Shown piece by piece: positions 24,941-38,862 of a stretch of DNA of 64,000 nt. How positions within the stretch are numbered: position 1 is the stretch's first letter; every line of letters starts with the position of its first letter. Source of the stretch: Lytechinus pictus (lineage: Eukaryota); the NCBI RefSeq assembly GCF_037042905.1, contig NC_087247.1:7626001-7690000 (forward strand). Reading direction: 5' to 3'. The notes under the pieces are model-generated. The model ran no database searches, was not told the DNA's origin, and saw only the letters and a program-made list of their open reading frames with translations. The position numbers and the translations under genes are program-made.

Positions 24941-25589
24941 AAGTTGTTTCAACTTAGGTTTACATATTAAAGAGGAACAGGGAGCACAATAAACAAACAG
25001 GCCTTTCAAAATATGAAAAGAAGTATGTAATATGATTTTTTTTACTTTATATTTGTATTGTAGTATCAAAACTAACAAAATGGGGATGAAACATGTGATA
25101 CTTGCCCGAAACTCACTGATCAAACAAAATGCAAGATGAAAATAGAAATATGTTATGGTTAAGAAGAAAAAAAAAAGGAGTAGGCTATACCTGCGAAAAT
25201 ACAAGGAAACTTTCAATGAATTTCGTGGCAATTCGCAAAAAGAAAAATAAATAAATAAAAGAATAAAATGAGGAGGTGAAAGTTCCCCCCCCCCCCTAGC
25301 CTTTGGCCAACGCCCTCGGCTCTGATATTTCGCGGAATGCGCCATAAATGCATCTGAATACAAAAACTAGCATCTGAGGCGCGGACCAGCCATCAACCCT
25401 GTTAATGCACAGTGCCCTAGTCTATTTTCCAAACCCTATAATGGACGGACAAGTAGCGCGCGAGGACTTGCCCAAAGGCTACCCCCTAAGTTGGTCAGCT
25501 GTAACGCAGGCGCGTTTCTGAATTTATTTTAGGAACTCAGTTTGGGAGAGCGGAATTCGGAAAATCATTGAAATAGGTTAATTTTATAA

Positions 25590-26168
25590 GACAACACCCC
25601 CAAAAATTGATTTAAATAAAAATAGAAAACTTCAACATTCATAACACTGAAAATTGTTATTGAAAAATTGGATGTAAAATAAGAAAGTTATGACATTTTA
25701 AAGTTTCGCTCAATTTCACAAAACAGTGACTGATCGGTATGCGGGTCGGTATGCAAATGAGGGTTACTGATGATGTCACACACTCACCATGCTCACCATT
25801 TTTCTTGTATTTCATTTTTCTAAATAACTTCTAAAAAACAAATGTTTATTCCTCCCTGAGCATGTGGAATTACCGTTGTTTTAACATTTTTGGGATCAGT
25901 GAAGTTGGTCATTATTATCAAATCTTTAAATATCGTATAATGCAAAGGATAAATAACAAATTTAGTGAGGGACATCATCGACTCTCTCATTTGCATATCA
26001 CTGAGTTGTGCTGATAAATGTTTTGTGAAAAATAAGTATAGCCTAACTTTAAAATGTCGTAACTTTCTTATTTTACATCCGAATTTAATGAAATCGTCAG
26101 CACTATGCTTGTTGGATTTTATTTGTTGCTTCAAATAAAACTTTATCTGTTGTGGACTAGACCTTTAA
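25590..26168. mobile_element. Kolobok-family MITE copy
   Basis: Same body as 46953-47562 (ggatgtaaaataagaaagttatgacatttt and its inverted partner); ends gtggactagacctttaa. Confidence 0.75.
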
Positions 26169-26865
26169 CATGTTTAAGCATTATCCAGAAAATCCTTATT
26201 ACGGATGTAGTTTACATTATCTTTTTCGAACGATTCTTAATTTTTTATCCTAGTTTAGCTAGCTTTCCTTTAGAAATCGTGCAATAAAGTGTATGGTGTA
26301 AGTTCAAATTATTAGGGCGAGAAAGTGGAGCGACGAAACAAGTGCTGGGGATGGAGGAGGGGGGCGGTAGGATTATTTAACAAGTTATTAGCTAATCATA
26401 GCACTTGGTGGCAGTAAAGATGAATTCTCACTACTTTCCTGTAATTTATTTATTTTTTCTTGATAAGTTTGTGCGTGGGAGCGGGAAGTATATCCCAATC
26501 CTCAGATTTACGTCTGTGCAATATGCGACATGATGATGCTTTTTTGTTATATATATGAAATGTTAATTTTTTCCAATTTTTGTCTTTATTTTATTCCATG
26601 CATATGTATTGCAATATCTAACTTGTAATAAAGTAGTCGCATCAAATCAGTAGTCAATTCTATTTCTTTATTCTTGGAGAAAAAAATTAATAATTGTGAG
26701 TTCATAGATAAAATGTGGCAAGATCACCGGATCGGTCAATAAAAAAATTGAATGTTTTGGTATGGAAAATAATCCAAAATTGATTTTGATTTAGAAAAAC
26801 AAATCATACCGAGTTATATTTCAGCCTGAGATATTGGATGAAAGAACACATCTTTGGTTTCACAT

Positions 26866-27187
26866 CACTAGCGTACCTACGGGGGGGGGCAGACTGCCCC
26901 CCTGACGAGTCACAACCCATGCAAGGGACATATCCCTGCCCCCCCTGACGAGTGTTGAAGACCTTTTTTTTTTTTTGCTTGTCAATTTTTTTTCTGGTAC
27001 GAAATCCTTTATTTGTAGTAGAAGATTTTTTTTTTTTTTGGGGGGGGCTTGTCTCAAATTTGTTTCTGGTACGAAATCCTTTATTTGTGGTTGAAGACCT
27101 TTTTTTTTTTTTTTTTTTTTGCTTGTCAAATTTTTGGCGGACGAATTTGACCCCCCCCCCCTGTGGAAAATCCTAGGTACGCCACTG
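26866..27187. mobile_element. hAT-type MITE
   Basis: TIR cactagcgtaccta / taggtacgccactg; 8-bp TSD tttcacat at 26858-26865 and 27188-27195. Confidence 0.85.
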
Positions 27188-30100
27188 TTTCACATCAAAT
27201 TTGTCATGCGCACAATACTATTAAGGAAGACGTAATTTGGAAAGAGAACATTTTGTGTGGATTGTCTACAAGAAAAAGAAGAAAAAATAATAAAAGAGGA
27301 AGATGAGGATGAGAAAGAGATGAGGATGAGAAAGAGAAGTGGAAGAATAAATGAAAATGAAATGAAGAAGAATGAGGGCATGCTGAAATTGAGGAGGGAA
27401 GCATTTTAAGCAGTTACATGAATAACATACATATAAGACTAACAGACACCACTCATTCATGGTCAAAAGTGAATTTCACTTTGCATTTTATTCTTAATTC
27501 ATTTACAGAAAAAAAAGCTTGGAAAAGAAATATACACATATAAATCATATATGACAGTTTGCCCACAAATTGCATTGTATTTCACTTACAGCTCTGAATC
27601 CATAGAATCAGGTACACTTTGGGGCAAAATTAAAAATTAAAATATTTCAATGATAGCTATTTCATTGCATGAAATAACAAGAAAATTACTTTTTACAATC
27701 GAGACAAAAACACATAATCAGACAAACTTGATGCACCATTGACATAACTGAAGAAACACTGCTTCCAGTCGAGATTTGATTGGCATTTTCAAGGATTAAA
27801 TCAAAATCAGTACATCTACGGAACTTGGTTACGGATGATTTTATTTTCTGCATTTACTTTATTTCCATACGACTGTGTGGAACTGAAATGTAAAATCACA
27901 TATTTTCGATAATAAAATAATATGCAAATTTCAATAACTTATTAACTCTTAATTTCTTCAGAAATTAATTTGCGTTTTATGTAAGTGTTTATTACATAAA
28001 TTAACAAGCATGAATTTAGTAGTTTTTTTAATCATGCATATACGGTAAAATCATGTTGTCTTTGAGTTCATTTCTTACAAGCCTACAAAATTCATGGCAC
28101 TATAAAGATATCTAAAAGATGTAATGATGTATGAGTGACAAGTGAAAATGTTAAGTGATGAAAAAGTTTATGAAAAAGCTACATCCCAACGCTAGAAAGT
28201 TCATCTAAGCCAAATTTTCCATACATGTTCTTATCCTGAGAATCTTTTTCATGAAGTGAATTGTCATTGATTTTGATTAATATATGTTACAAGCTACTAT
28301 ATTCCTTGTATCTGACTGGCTGACAGCAAAGTCATCAGTGAAAATCACCACCAATACACTTTATGAAATGCTAACTACTCACTGGCCTGAATTCACAGAG
28401 GTGGTTTTGAATTTATTGTTAGAACCATGGTTTATGCACATTGCAGGAATAATGAAGCTTGATGAGTTAATTGAGAAAGGGTCTGATAATAAAAAGTGGC
28501 CCCAAACAATAACAGAAAGCATGAAATGCTACATAAAATGATAGATTCAAAAGCAACATGGTAAATTTGAGCTATTATGTCTGAATTACTGTTGCCATGT
28601 CCTGAAAGCTTTTAGTGTAGGATACAGAAAAATGTTTTAAAAATTAGTAATTTATTTTCATATTCACTACTGGCTTGTGAGATAAACTAGGCAATGCAAT
28701 GTAAAAAAATTAAATTTGGTATTTGAAAGTTTACACATGGTTAGAGTCGAGAATTTATTTTATTGATAGTTGAACAAGCAAAAACACAAACGCTCGATAT
28801 ATAGACGGAAAAAACAACAACACCCACACAGAATAGTGAAGCTTGGATGGATTTAAAACAAGATTTAAATGGATTAATGCAAGTGAGAACACAAACATGT
28901 TTTCGGCTTGGTTCCAAAAATAAATTAATATATTGGCATAAGTCAAACATCACATGCCTTCTTGTGTGGTTAGAATTGTGATGAGTTTGATTATATGTTA
29001 ATTACTTTTAATTGGAAAGGGACCCCCCCCCCTCAATTAGGTATTAAACTTTGTCAGTTTTGTTAAATTACACACTTCTAAATAACAAAGCTTTTTAAAA
29101 TGGAAATGGAAACACAAGTGTCAGTCCCATTTATATTTAAAGAGTAGAAAAATAAAATCGAAAATATACACCTTTAACTTTCCCTCAAATGATCTTATGA
29201 AACATCATAAAGGGGGGGGGGGGAACCCCCCCCCCCCCAAAAAAAGCCAATACATCATCATTCTTGCTACCTTCATCTGACTTATATCCCCACTTCTAAC
29301 ACAATATAAGTGATATCAAAAGTCAAGTAAAATTCAGCACAATGGTCCCACAGTTCACCCTTTAGGACATCATCACAATGTAATTGTGGAAAGTATAATC
29401 ACCATTTGGCATTTCCAGATCCAATGAAAATATAAAAAGGTTCAAGAACTGGAAAGTACAATGGATCAAATCATGGATCGATAAAGTCCATGATGACATT
29501 CATCAAGACCATGGTTCCACAGGAAAGAAGAACCGAGTAAGCACCGACTTGAGGGTCTGCCCCCGAATACGTATCCCAAGGTCAAGTTTGGCATACTGTG
29601 TCAAGAGGCTAGACAACTTGTTCAGTGGTGACAGAAATGTGCAACAATCAACCAAAAGAGCTGTAACAGGAAAATTCAAAATCTGTCCAATCACAATACT
29701 CTCCCCATCTGTAGATTTTAAGGCCTTGTTCTGACCTCATAATACCTGATAATTTATCTTAAAAGTGCATTCACACATATGTGAACCAGATAAAGTTCTT
29801 GTAGTTACGAACAAGACAATATGACTCTTGCTTTCTTATTGAAAGTGTTATGGCTTCTTCTTGCTCCATATAATCACATCAACAGTTGTTTGTAAATGGC
29901 CGTCTCTGACCTTCCTGTGAAAGTATCTCCAAATTTGCAGGAATTTTGTGATATCTGGCGGGTGTGAATTAAGGCACCTCAGGACTCACTGAAAAGCCAG
30001 AACAAGAAAATTCATACATGTTCTTGATGTGAAAAGACCAGAAGATTTGATTTACTGCTAGTGTCATCTGCAAAGTTCGACATACAGATCTTTGCCGATA

Positions 30101-30499
30101 TGACTACAAATAATAAAACACTAAGATAAAAAGGATACCCAGTTTCATACAACTTTTCATCTATGACAATAACCATAAATCTTTGAGGAATTTTCTCATG
30201 GAAAATGAAATTGCAGGATTTACTAATAATATAAACTTGTAACTTGCCACTGTTAACAAGCTATATATGGAAACGGGTAACAGGGCCATGGACCTTGCTG
30301 CATAAATACTAACATCGATGTTAACTATGCCATCAATGACACTTTCACAATGGGGGGTGCTATTTTTTTTTTGAGAGGGGGCACTTGCCATTTGCCCCTA
30401 TGCCTTTCTGCTTGCATAGCTCGACATAGTCGACATGCAACCACTTTGTTAGAAATGTAAATGGTGGTGGTGGTGATTTTTTCCTGATCACTTATACAC

Positions 30500-30962
30500 T
30501 TTTCACACTGCATTTCCTTAACCCCATACTATCTTTTTTTTGTTTCACACTGTCTTTCTTAACCCAATAATATTTGCTTAGCGGGGGTTAATGCCTGAAC
30601 CTCGGACTATCACACAGCTCATGAATATTGATAATTTTGCCACACAGAGCGTGATTAACGTGCAAGTTCCACTTCTGTGATTGGCTAATGCTTAGCCCCA
30701 CTCTTCCTTAGCCCGGTTTTGTTTCACACTGCATCTCTCAGCAACGCAATTGTGGTGCTAGCACCGCAATTAGCCGGCTAACCCTGCTTGTTTGCAGGGC
30801 CAGATAGGTCCGTACTATTTACTGATTACCATGCTAGCCCACTTTTCTAAAACGTAGTGTGAACACGAAGTGGCCTAAGCTTAACCCCGGGAAATTGGTG
30901 GGGCTAAGACCCCCCTTAGCCCCACCAATTTCCAGGGGTGAAGGAAAATATGTGCAGTGAGA
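30500..30962. mobile_element. MITE with ttcacactg/cagtgtgaa-type inverted motifs and an internal hairpin
   Basis: Repeated tttcacactg and reverse gtgtgaa; hairpin ggaaattggtggggctaag..cttagccccaccaatttcc at ~30890-30933. Confidence 0.6.
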
Positions 30963-30989
30963 AAAGCATAATAGAAAGCATGAATGCTT

Positions 30990-31375
30990 GTAAGCAAGCA
31001 ACGAGAGGACCAACAGCTTAGGGTCCTCTCCGACGGCCCTGGTGATGAGGAGAACTGCCTTTATACTAGTCCAGATGCTGGACCTTCGAGATTTTGTTTT
31101 CCTCCACACACTGCGCTCTAACCACTGTTCGCTTTTCCTACACACTGCACTAACCCATTGATCGCGCGATCCCCAAATTAACCCTAGGGGAAATTGGGGG
31201 ATCGCGCGATCAATGGGAAAAGCGAACAGTGGTTAGAGCGCAGTGTGTGGAGGAAACAAAATCTCGAAGGTCCAGCATCTGGACTACCTTTATACACCAA
31301 AGGGCACTAGAGCACCAAATGAGAATCAAACCCAGGTCACCAGAATCTGAAACCCCTGCTCTATGGACTGTGACA
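30990..31375 (-). mobile_element. tRNA-derived SINE remnant split by a MITE
   Basis: Reverse-complement B-box-like gagaatcaaaccc at ~31321 and SINE-like body on both sides of the insertion. Confidence 0.45.
31067..31286. mobile_element. Near-perfect foldback MITE, Mutator-like
   Basis: TAGTCCAGATGCTGG...CCAGCATCTGGACTA; 9-bp TSD cctttatac at 31058-31066 and 31287-31295. Confidence 0.9.
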
Positions 31376-33492
31376 CAATGAAGAATATTTTTTCTTAAAA
31401 ACAGGAAAGGTATTACAATATAAGTCCATTATTTGCACTGATTTCAGATGTCAATTAAGGAAGAATAAATGGGCAGCGTAAACAAAGAGTGGATAGACAG
31501 ACGTCAGAATGAGGTATGACCAATTTCCCTTAGCTGTCATTATGTGTTTCTCATATTGAAAAAAAATATAATAAAAAATGAAAATTCTAAAGAGATATAC
31601 AAATACATTTTGCATTGTCTTCATAATACATACCTTTAATGTTTACATATAATCAAATCATTGAAGAAAATGTATAATTTGTTTACTTTCTTTTTCAGAT
31701 ATCAATAGCAAAAGACCACAACCAAAAATATCTTGAATGCAAGAATAAATAAAATTGGTTGTCAAATTATTTTACCATACTGTGGATCCAAAAATCAAAT
31801 ACTTTATTATCATTTTGCCTCTTAGCATCTCATAAGATGATCGTCAATATTGAATATATAACATATATATTTCATGATTTTACGTTGAAAAAAAAATACA
31901 CATGGCATTGGCAAGTAACATAATACTACGACTGAGAGAGCTTAAAAAATACTTTTTTTACTCCATTTTCCCTGCATATTGGATGAGTAGGTCCATGTTA
32001 CAACTATAATTCAACTTTCTGAGACATGAAAATTCCATGTGTGAATAAAAAATTATTTTCCCCAGGATGGAGTCGAGACCATAATTCCAAATCAAAAAGC
32101 AGCCAGAAAGCTTCCCCCGTAGACTTTGCACATATGACTTGGGCCAAGGCTAGCCTAGACCCCATTCATAGGCCTTTGTGACTACGACATATATGACTGT
32201 ATTTGTTTGTTAAGATCAATTACTTCAGCAAGTCTTCTTAAAGGCATTTACATTTGCCCAATCTAGCAACCACTTGTCAAGCAATTCATATTCTGATTAA
32301 CCCAAGTATGTAAACAGATGAATACAAGGGTCGGTTTTTTTTCAACTGCGATCCATTTAACTGTTATTCATTGTGGAAACTGGTCCAGGATTTTGAAGTA
32401 ATATTTCTCATGAAGTGGCAATAATTAACTAAACCATTTCCAATAAAGTACTTTTTTTTGCTGATTTGATCTAAGACCTGAAAGAAATTGCAACAGAATG
32501 CAATAAAATAGAATTAATCATTAAATGACTAAAAAAACAAAAAACAAACTAGTCATTTCCTTTGACCTATTCAAAAGTATGTTGTTATCTAAAAGCAAGG
32601 TTTACAAATGATATAGTTCCTACACAAGAAATAATGCCTTGTCCTATATGTTTCCTAATATAAAACATAACATGTACAATAATGATGTAGTAAAAACATT
32701 ACCATGCACAATGCTAGCATTTGCAAACGAAGTATATTGCTCATAAGAGGAAGAATAAAAAGAATGCAATGATAAGAAAATAAAAGAGTACTGAACATAA
32801 TATAACAAAAATATTGGTTCACAAATAATATTCGTCATCTACTCAGCATGAATCCTTTGATTGCCATTTTTAAATTTGTTATTTCTACTTTATTTCTCTG
32901 AGACAATGAGGTGTGCAATAAAATAATCACCATATAAAAAAAAAGAAGCCATTTGGTATTCATTAAAGAGAATTATACTAATACAGAATCATCATTTCTG
33001 AAATCGGCAGCAACATTCATGGTTCATATGAAAGGAGTGAAAAGATTCATGCATATATGTATTAATATGCATCATGACCCGTCTGATTCACCATGACTTG
33101 TCAGCAGGAGTGATGAACATGTGCGAACCCTGTGGTTTCGCCTCAAGTATGACTCAAAGCCAATCAGTGAGTCATCACCTGCCATCGTCATAGTCCACAC
33201 AATCCTCACGCAAGGCCTCACTCTTCGTCCTTGACTCACGATGAACTTGACATTGGTAAAACGTCCATCATACTTTGCAGCAAAGGCCAGAGATGCACTC
33301 CTTACAAAAATATTCACATCAATCGATGATTGCAGGCAGGTCCCTGGTTACGACTTCTTCACCGTACAATGCTTTAAAATAACTTTCTATTTACAGGCTT
33401 GCATTGAAGTCTAAAAGGATTGGCTCCGAGGCCTTGTAATGTTCTTAGATAGCCAGAGTAAGATTAACTTGGCTTTAAGCTTTCTCCCTATG

Positions 33493-33534
33493 TCATGAAG
33501 CTATCACAGACTTTTTGGCAGATTCAAAGAACAT
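33493..33534 (-). CDS. XPOT: Exportin-T, terminal coding exon (MFFESAKKSVIAS*)
   Basis: tttcag acceptor, phase 0, TGA stop; corresponds to the XPOT C-terminal VFFQRAK motif. Confidence 0.8.
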   Translation of the reverse strand: MFFESAKKSVIAS

Positions 33535-33996
33535 CTGAAAGAAAAAAACAAGACAAAAAGAAAAAAAACCAAATATTATTTTTTCATCAATCATCCTTGG
33601 AACAATATCATCAACTCTTCCTGCTCAATGTGGTAAAATTCAAACTTCCATAGAAAAATTGACTTCATTGGTTGTTGCCATGTTTGTTTTTATTATCATT
33701 GATGGAAAAGTAATGATGAAAGTTCATAATTTGAAAAATATTAGAAGATAGTCATATTTTTTTGGTCCTAAAGATGGGCTCTGTTGCATGAAAAAGATAT
33801 ATGCGTTTAAAAGCAACTTTTCATTAGAAAATCAAGTACAAGTCCCAAATCTGTGCTTTTGATTGGTTGAAAATCAATTAACAATTGATTTTAACTCTAC
33901 CAGCAAGGGGGCCAGGTGCTCAGATTGACTGCTTGTGGAATAAATGCTAAGAATCAATGTTAAAATCGTGACTAAAGAAGTACAGGCCTACCAGTC

Positions 33997-34174
33997 GGTC
34001 CCATGGCACTTGCCCCGGCGACAATTGCTCCGCTGTAAATTCCACACACTAATCGAATTACCAATTGTACCTTATCCTAAACCTAACATGTAAAACCGTA
34101 TTGCAACTTTAACCCTGTATCTTAGACGAAATAAAGCCCGGAGCAATTGTCGCCAGAGCATATGTCGTGTCACC
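33997..34174. mobile_element. MITE with 9-bp TSD
   Basis: TSD ctaccagtc at 33988-33996 and 34175-34183; inverted ggcgacaattgctccg / cggagcaattgtcgcc. Confidence 0.8.
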
Positions 34175-34779
34175 CTACCAGTCACTACCTTCTTGTTGAA
34201 AAAAAAAGAGGTATACAGTGTTATCTTCCAATCTTCTTTCCAATTTCTTGCAACATTATAATTTTCCTTTATATTTTGTCAACCTAAGAATAAAAAGTAT
34301 GATTGTACTATATTAGATTTTGGACGATGGTACGAAATAAAACCTCTGTTAATGGGGGAGGTCACCCCGACATTAAGCTCACTATGGTAATCAGCAGAAA
34401 AATAAGAGATATATATTCATGAGTTTTCGTTGATTTACGGATTTAAAAAATGCCATTAAAAAAATGAGGATATACTGGTTGCTGTCAATGCATAATCATA
34501 CACTTTATTTCAAGCACAATTCTCTGAAAACATTTTCAATCAACAGGAACCCTTAAAATAAAAGTTTATGGAGTTCATATTACAGGACACATGGGGGGGG
34601 GGGGGATTTCTCCTCATGTGACATCATAAAAACAATACTGAAGAAATTTGTAACACCGTATTTATTTAAATTGATGGATTTTCACAACATTTTCATTGAA
34701 AGTAAATATTTTTCTCATGTTATGCTTTCGTTATTAACTTGGCTTAATGACAAGGTGAACAAAAAGTTCCCTTATTTCT

Positions 34780-37680
34780 TAGTCACAGGATCCAAAAACC
34801 TAACTTGACATCCTCCATCTCCACAGAGCAAACTGATGCAATCCTCTCTTTCTCCGTCTGAGTGATGACAGGGGGAATCCCCCAATCATACTATCTACAT
34901 GAGTCACTCAGTCTTCAGGGTATCCCAACTATTTGTTCATTCTCTCAAATAGCATTGTAATGAATATTGATATCAATCTTCAGGGATGTGGTTCAGACCA
35001 CAGCTTTTTGGTCAAACAAGAGTTTCTTGTTTGATTGTTTGACCGACTCCAACACTTGGATGTTACTTTATGACAAGCCATGAAAGGAAACTGCGGGGGA
35101 AGTTTGCTCTTGAAGACGGATCACTTCAAATTTCTTCGTGACTAGCCAAGTTATTACAGCCCGAAGGAAACAAACAATTTTTTTTTTAATAACAGTGCCC
35201 TCATTATCGGAATCGCCCTTGTGCCAAGAAAGATGCATTACGATGAGGGAAAGATGAAAGATGATGGAATTGCAACACTCCCAACCTGAGCACACCTACG
35301 TTATGAATCATTCAAATAGCATAGTGCAATTTCATGGAACATTAACAATGTCTTACGAATTTTGACTAGGTGACAATTTGAATTACAAGTGCATATTTCA
35401 AACACAGTTGACACATGCTTAAGATTAACATACATAATTTTCTCTTTTTTTCTTGCAGTTAGTGTTTTCTTTTTTTTTCTTCAATATTTAGGAAATTGCT
35501 CATAATATCCAATGTGAAAGAAAAAAAAAATTGTTTTTCAACAAGCAATTTTGCCTTGTTTTCTATGTACACACAATTTATGTACAGTAATATTCAATAA
35601 TCACATAAACAATTTTTTTACTGATATAATGCAAACCTATTAAATTAATTGGCAATTTTCATTATTTCTTAATGAATGCTATAAATCATCACATTTTTCA
35701 AAATAAAATAAACAAATCTCTTTTAACTATCATCAATTAGATTTAATTCAATTATAATATTCCCTAGTTTAAACAACCATCATGAACCATGAGTCATACA
35801 TGCAAAATGTTATATGCTTTTTATTTTCCTAGCATCTCAAATTACATTGGCAGCTACATTTTACTGCTGCTTGAACAAGCAGGCCTAAAAAGGTGGTGCT
35901 GCACCAGCCCGAGTTTGCTCAATCTTGAGATTTTAGCCCGATCGGCCCTCTTCGCAATTAATCTCGAGATTCAAGAAACCCCCGTCTCCATCATCGCAAG
36001 AAGAGCGATGTATCCCTGCATTATGGTCTAACGCCATGAATAAATAATCCCGAGTGCATCTGCACCTGCGAATTAGTGGGATAATTCGTAAAATAGCTCG
36101 CTATTTTGCAATTAATCCCAAGTTGACTTGGGATTGCAATTTTGAGATTAATCCAGCGAACTAGCGCGATAATTGCATCTCCATTACAAATAATCTCGAT
36201 ATTGTTCAGATCGGGTTAATTTGCCAGGTCAGAAATAGCGCGCTAATTTGAAAGATCGGGCTGGTGCAGACAGCCCTAAAGATAGCAATTGAAGCAGTGT
36301 TGAGGTTTGGACACTATGGCTCATGGATTGTTTTTCACTTTGTACTTTTTGGGGTCAAAACAGATATTCAGGGGCAGTGCTACAGGGGGCCGGGGAACCA
36401 CCACTCCTGAGATTTTTGAAGTAGCGGAGGAAAAATTTGACAAAAAGGGATAAAAAGGAGAATGAATCGGGAAGAAAATGGGAGGACTAAAAAGAGAGGT
36501 TATGTCAGTTCATAATACCCCTTGTATTCAATTGAGAAAATCAAATTATTCATCTTGCCCCCCCCCCTCCCCCACATATCAAAGTATTCTTGCATTGCCC
36601 TAGTATATACAATAGTCATACAAAGAAGCATGATTCATACCATTGTCACATTGGTTCATTGTCCATGGTTTGACCACACTTTATCATGGCTTCACACTGT
36701 GGTCACGTAACTACACATTTCTAATTAAAAACATTTGAATCATGCAGAGATGCTGCTGAGTTTCGTTCATACACTAAAACTCATTGTTACTCATATTATG
36801 TTCAATCCCCCCCCCCTAAAAAAAAAGTGAGTCACTATTCCAGTGGTGCCCATATTATATGCAATCATTAAATTTGGAATTTAAGTTTTCAAAGGGCTAA
36901 ATTATTTTTCTCAAAAGAAAAAAAAACAAAACACAGAGAGTGCATTACACATATTATTCTTTTAAAAGTAGCAGGGGGGGGGATATTAGATTTGAACATG
37001 GAAAAAAAACAGAGCCCACTTTCTCAACACTTTTTATCATTTACCTTAATATCATAATCCTTCCAACCAAACTTGACTGAAGTTTTTTTTTTATAAATCT
37101 TTTGATGCCAAGCAGTTGCATCCATTTTCCCCCCCGTATTTTGTGCTTGACATGTATCTATCCAGACACTGACAGAGATATTTACCTGCTAGTACCAGAC
37201 AGAATCTGATAAAAACTTTATTAAATGATTAAATTTAAAGTTTAATTATCAAACGCAAAGTTTCTACAGTTCAGAGTCAACATGTATGAAACACGTCCCT
37301 GGTGGGCAAATAGACAAACATGTAACCCAATGAAAAAAGACAAGAATATAATCCGTTCACTTTGGAGCAGCTGATCAAATCTAGACCTAGCTTTGCACCT
37401 GGCTAATTTCAGACTCAGCTATTATTTGTGGCTGACAAAAGAAGTTGTCTTATATTGTAATTTTATTGAGCCTCACACTTTTGATTCTATAATGATTAAT
37501 AAGAAAAATAAAGTAATAATTGTTGAGTATACAAATTTGTCAGTCATGCCTAGAATATTCAGAAGGCATAATAAACCACAGCCTTACATGCATATCAGCG
37601 TTTCAGCTGTGCTGGAAACTCATGAGGTCATATGAGATATTCAGAAAATTTAACAATTTATTGCCTTTTGTGCAATGAAG
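34780..37680 (+). pseudogene. Decayed LRR relic(s) in the last XPOT intron
   Basis: ESLSLQGIP (34901); ORF 37393-37635 LTKEVVLYCNFIEPHTFDS and KVIIVEYTNLSVMP; interrupted by MITEs. Confidence 0.4.
35891..36277. mobile_element. MITE (Harbinger-like)
   Basis: TIR ctgcaccagcccga / tcgggctggtgcag. Confidence 0.7.
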
Positions 37681-38157
37681 TTAAAGGGCAATCATCACCT
37701 GAACCAATGCCAATATATTTCAGATCATCGGATGAAATCAGAATAATTAATATAAAGAATACAGGGTATATATATCTATTCGTTTTTAATAGTTTTTTTA
37801 TATTTTTTTTCAAAACAAGCAAAATTTTAAAGTCATAGCTTCTCATTTTACATCCGATTATACTTAATTGATTTTTCTCTATCCATTGAAATCAACTTGT
37901 CATTGGGGTGGACTGGTCCTTTATGGTACATGTCATTTTGTTATAAATTTAAGTTGAGGTTTTAAGTGTGATTGTTACAATGCATCAGAAAGATTTACAA
38001 ACAAAATGAATTTATGAATGGACTCACAATTCAGTTTTGCTCACTTTTTCCCCATGGAATGATACATGATAAACAATACATAGTAAACATGTACTGTATA
38101 TCATTTATTTTGTGCTGTTTAATTGCATGATACATTCCAATCTTTTAATTTACTTAC

Positions 38158-38214
38158 CTTACAAAAACTCTTGAAATTTTTGCCATCCATTTCTTGAAGA
38201 GCTTGACAAAATGC
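38158..38214 (-). CDS. XPOT: Exportin-T exon (AFCQALQEMDGKNFKSFCK)
   Basis: cacag/GTAAGT, 57 nt, phase 0-0; matches the XPOT EFCQALQQPDAKVFKNYLK region. Confidence 0.92.
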
Positions 38215-38477
38215 CTGTGATATTAAGAAAATGTAAAACAAACACAATTATACAGACAAGGAAATTAAAAGTTAAACTTCAAGGTTCCCCCTTTTTTTTT
38301 CTTCGCTCAAATTTGCATCTACAGCAAGATTTTTGCCTGAAGACATCGTCTAGACACCATATCTGAACTCCAGACATTCCCAAAAGAGAAGTCACAAAAC
38401 ATGAAATGTCCTCATATTCATCCTTTTGTATTAAACAGGGTGGAGCGGCAGGTAGGCACCTATCAAATATCATCATT

Positions 38478-38862
38478 AAAGGAATGCTCCGGGTAGAAAA
38501 AAATTTATATCTAAAGAAATAGAGTAAAATTCAGAGCAAAATGCTGAAAATTTGATCAAAATCGGATTACAAATATCAAAGTCATTGAATTTCAGAGATT
38601 TGCATTTTTCGGAGAAACAGTTCTATTCTTTTTTTCTTATGTTATTACATGAAATCGTAATTGTTTTCATTTTTTTTCATAAGTGTGTCAATGATGTGTC
38701 TCCATTATTATGAGATAAGTTGCAAGAAATAACTAATGCAAGTCTTTAGAATTTAATAACTTCGTATTTGTCATCCAATTTTGATTAAATTTTCTGCATT
38801 TTGCTCAGCAAATTTTACTCTGTTTATTGAGATATAAATATTTTCAGCCTGGAGCATCCCTT
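38478..38862. mobile_element. Kolobok-type MITE
   Basis: ttaaaggaatgctccggg...cctggagcatcccttca termini with internal inverted tcaaaatcggat / atccaattttga. Confidence 0.7.

Larger units (their letters stand above)
29300..33000 (+). pseudogene. Decayed LRR/TLR-like relic downstream of the XPOT stop
   Basis: LRR-like remnants KYLQICRNF (29921), IHVLDVKR (30014), LRNFLMENEI (30183) and LRR-CT-like DPFNCYSLWKLV (32350); many stops and TE insertions. Confidence 0.4.

Noticed and set aside
26903-26960. CTGACGA-GTC...GAC hammerhead-like motif
   Set aside because: No GAAA core after stem II; lies inside a hAT MITE.
14622-33534. Functional link between the tRNA-like gene and neighbouring exportin-T
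   Set aside because: The tRNA is in a dispersed repeat, so proximity is most simply chance.
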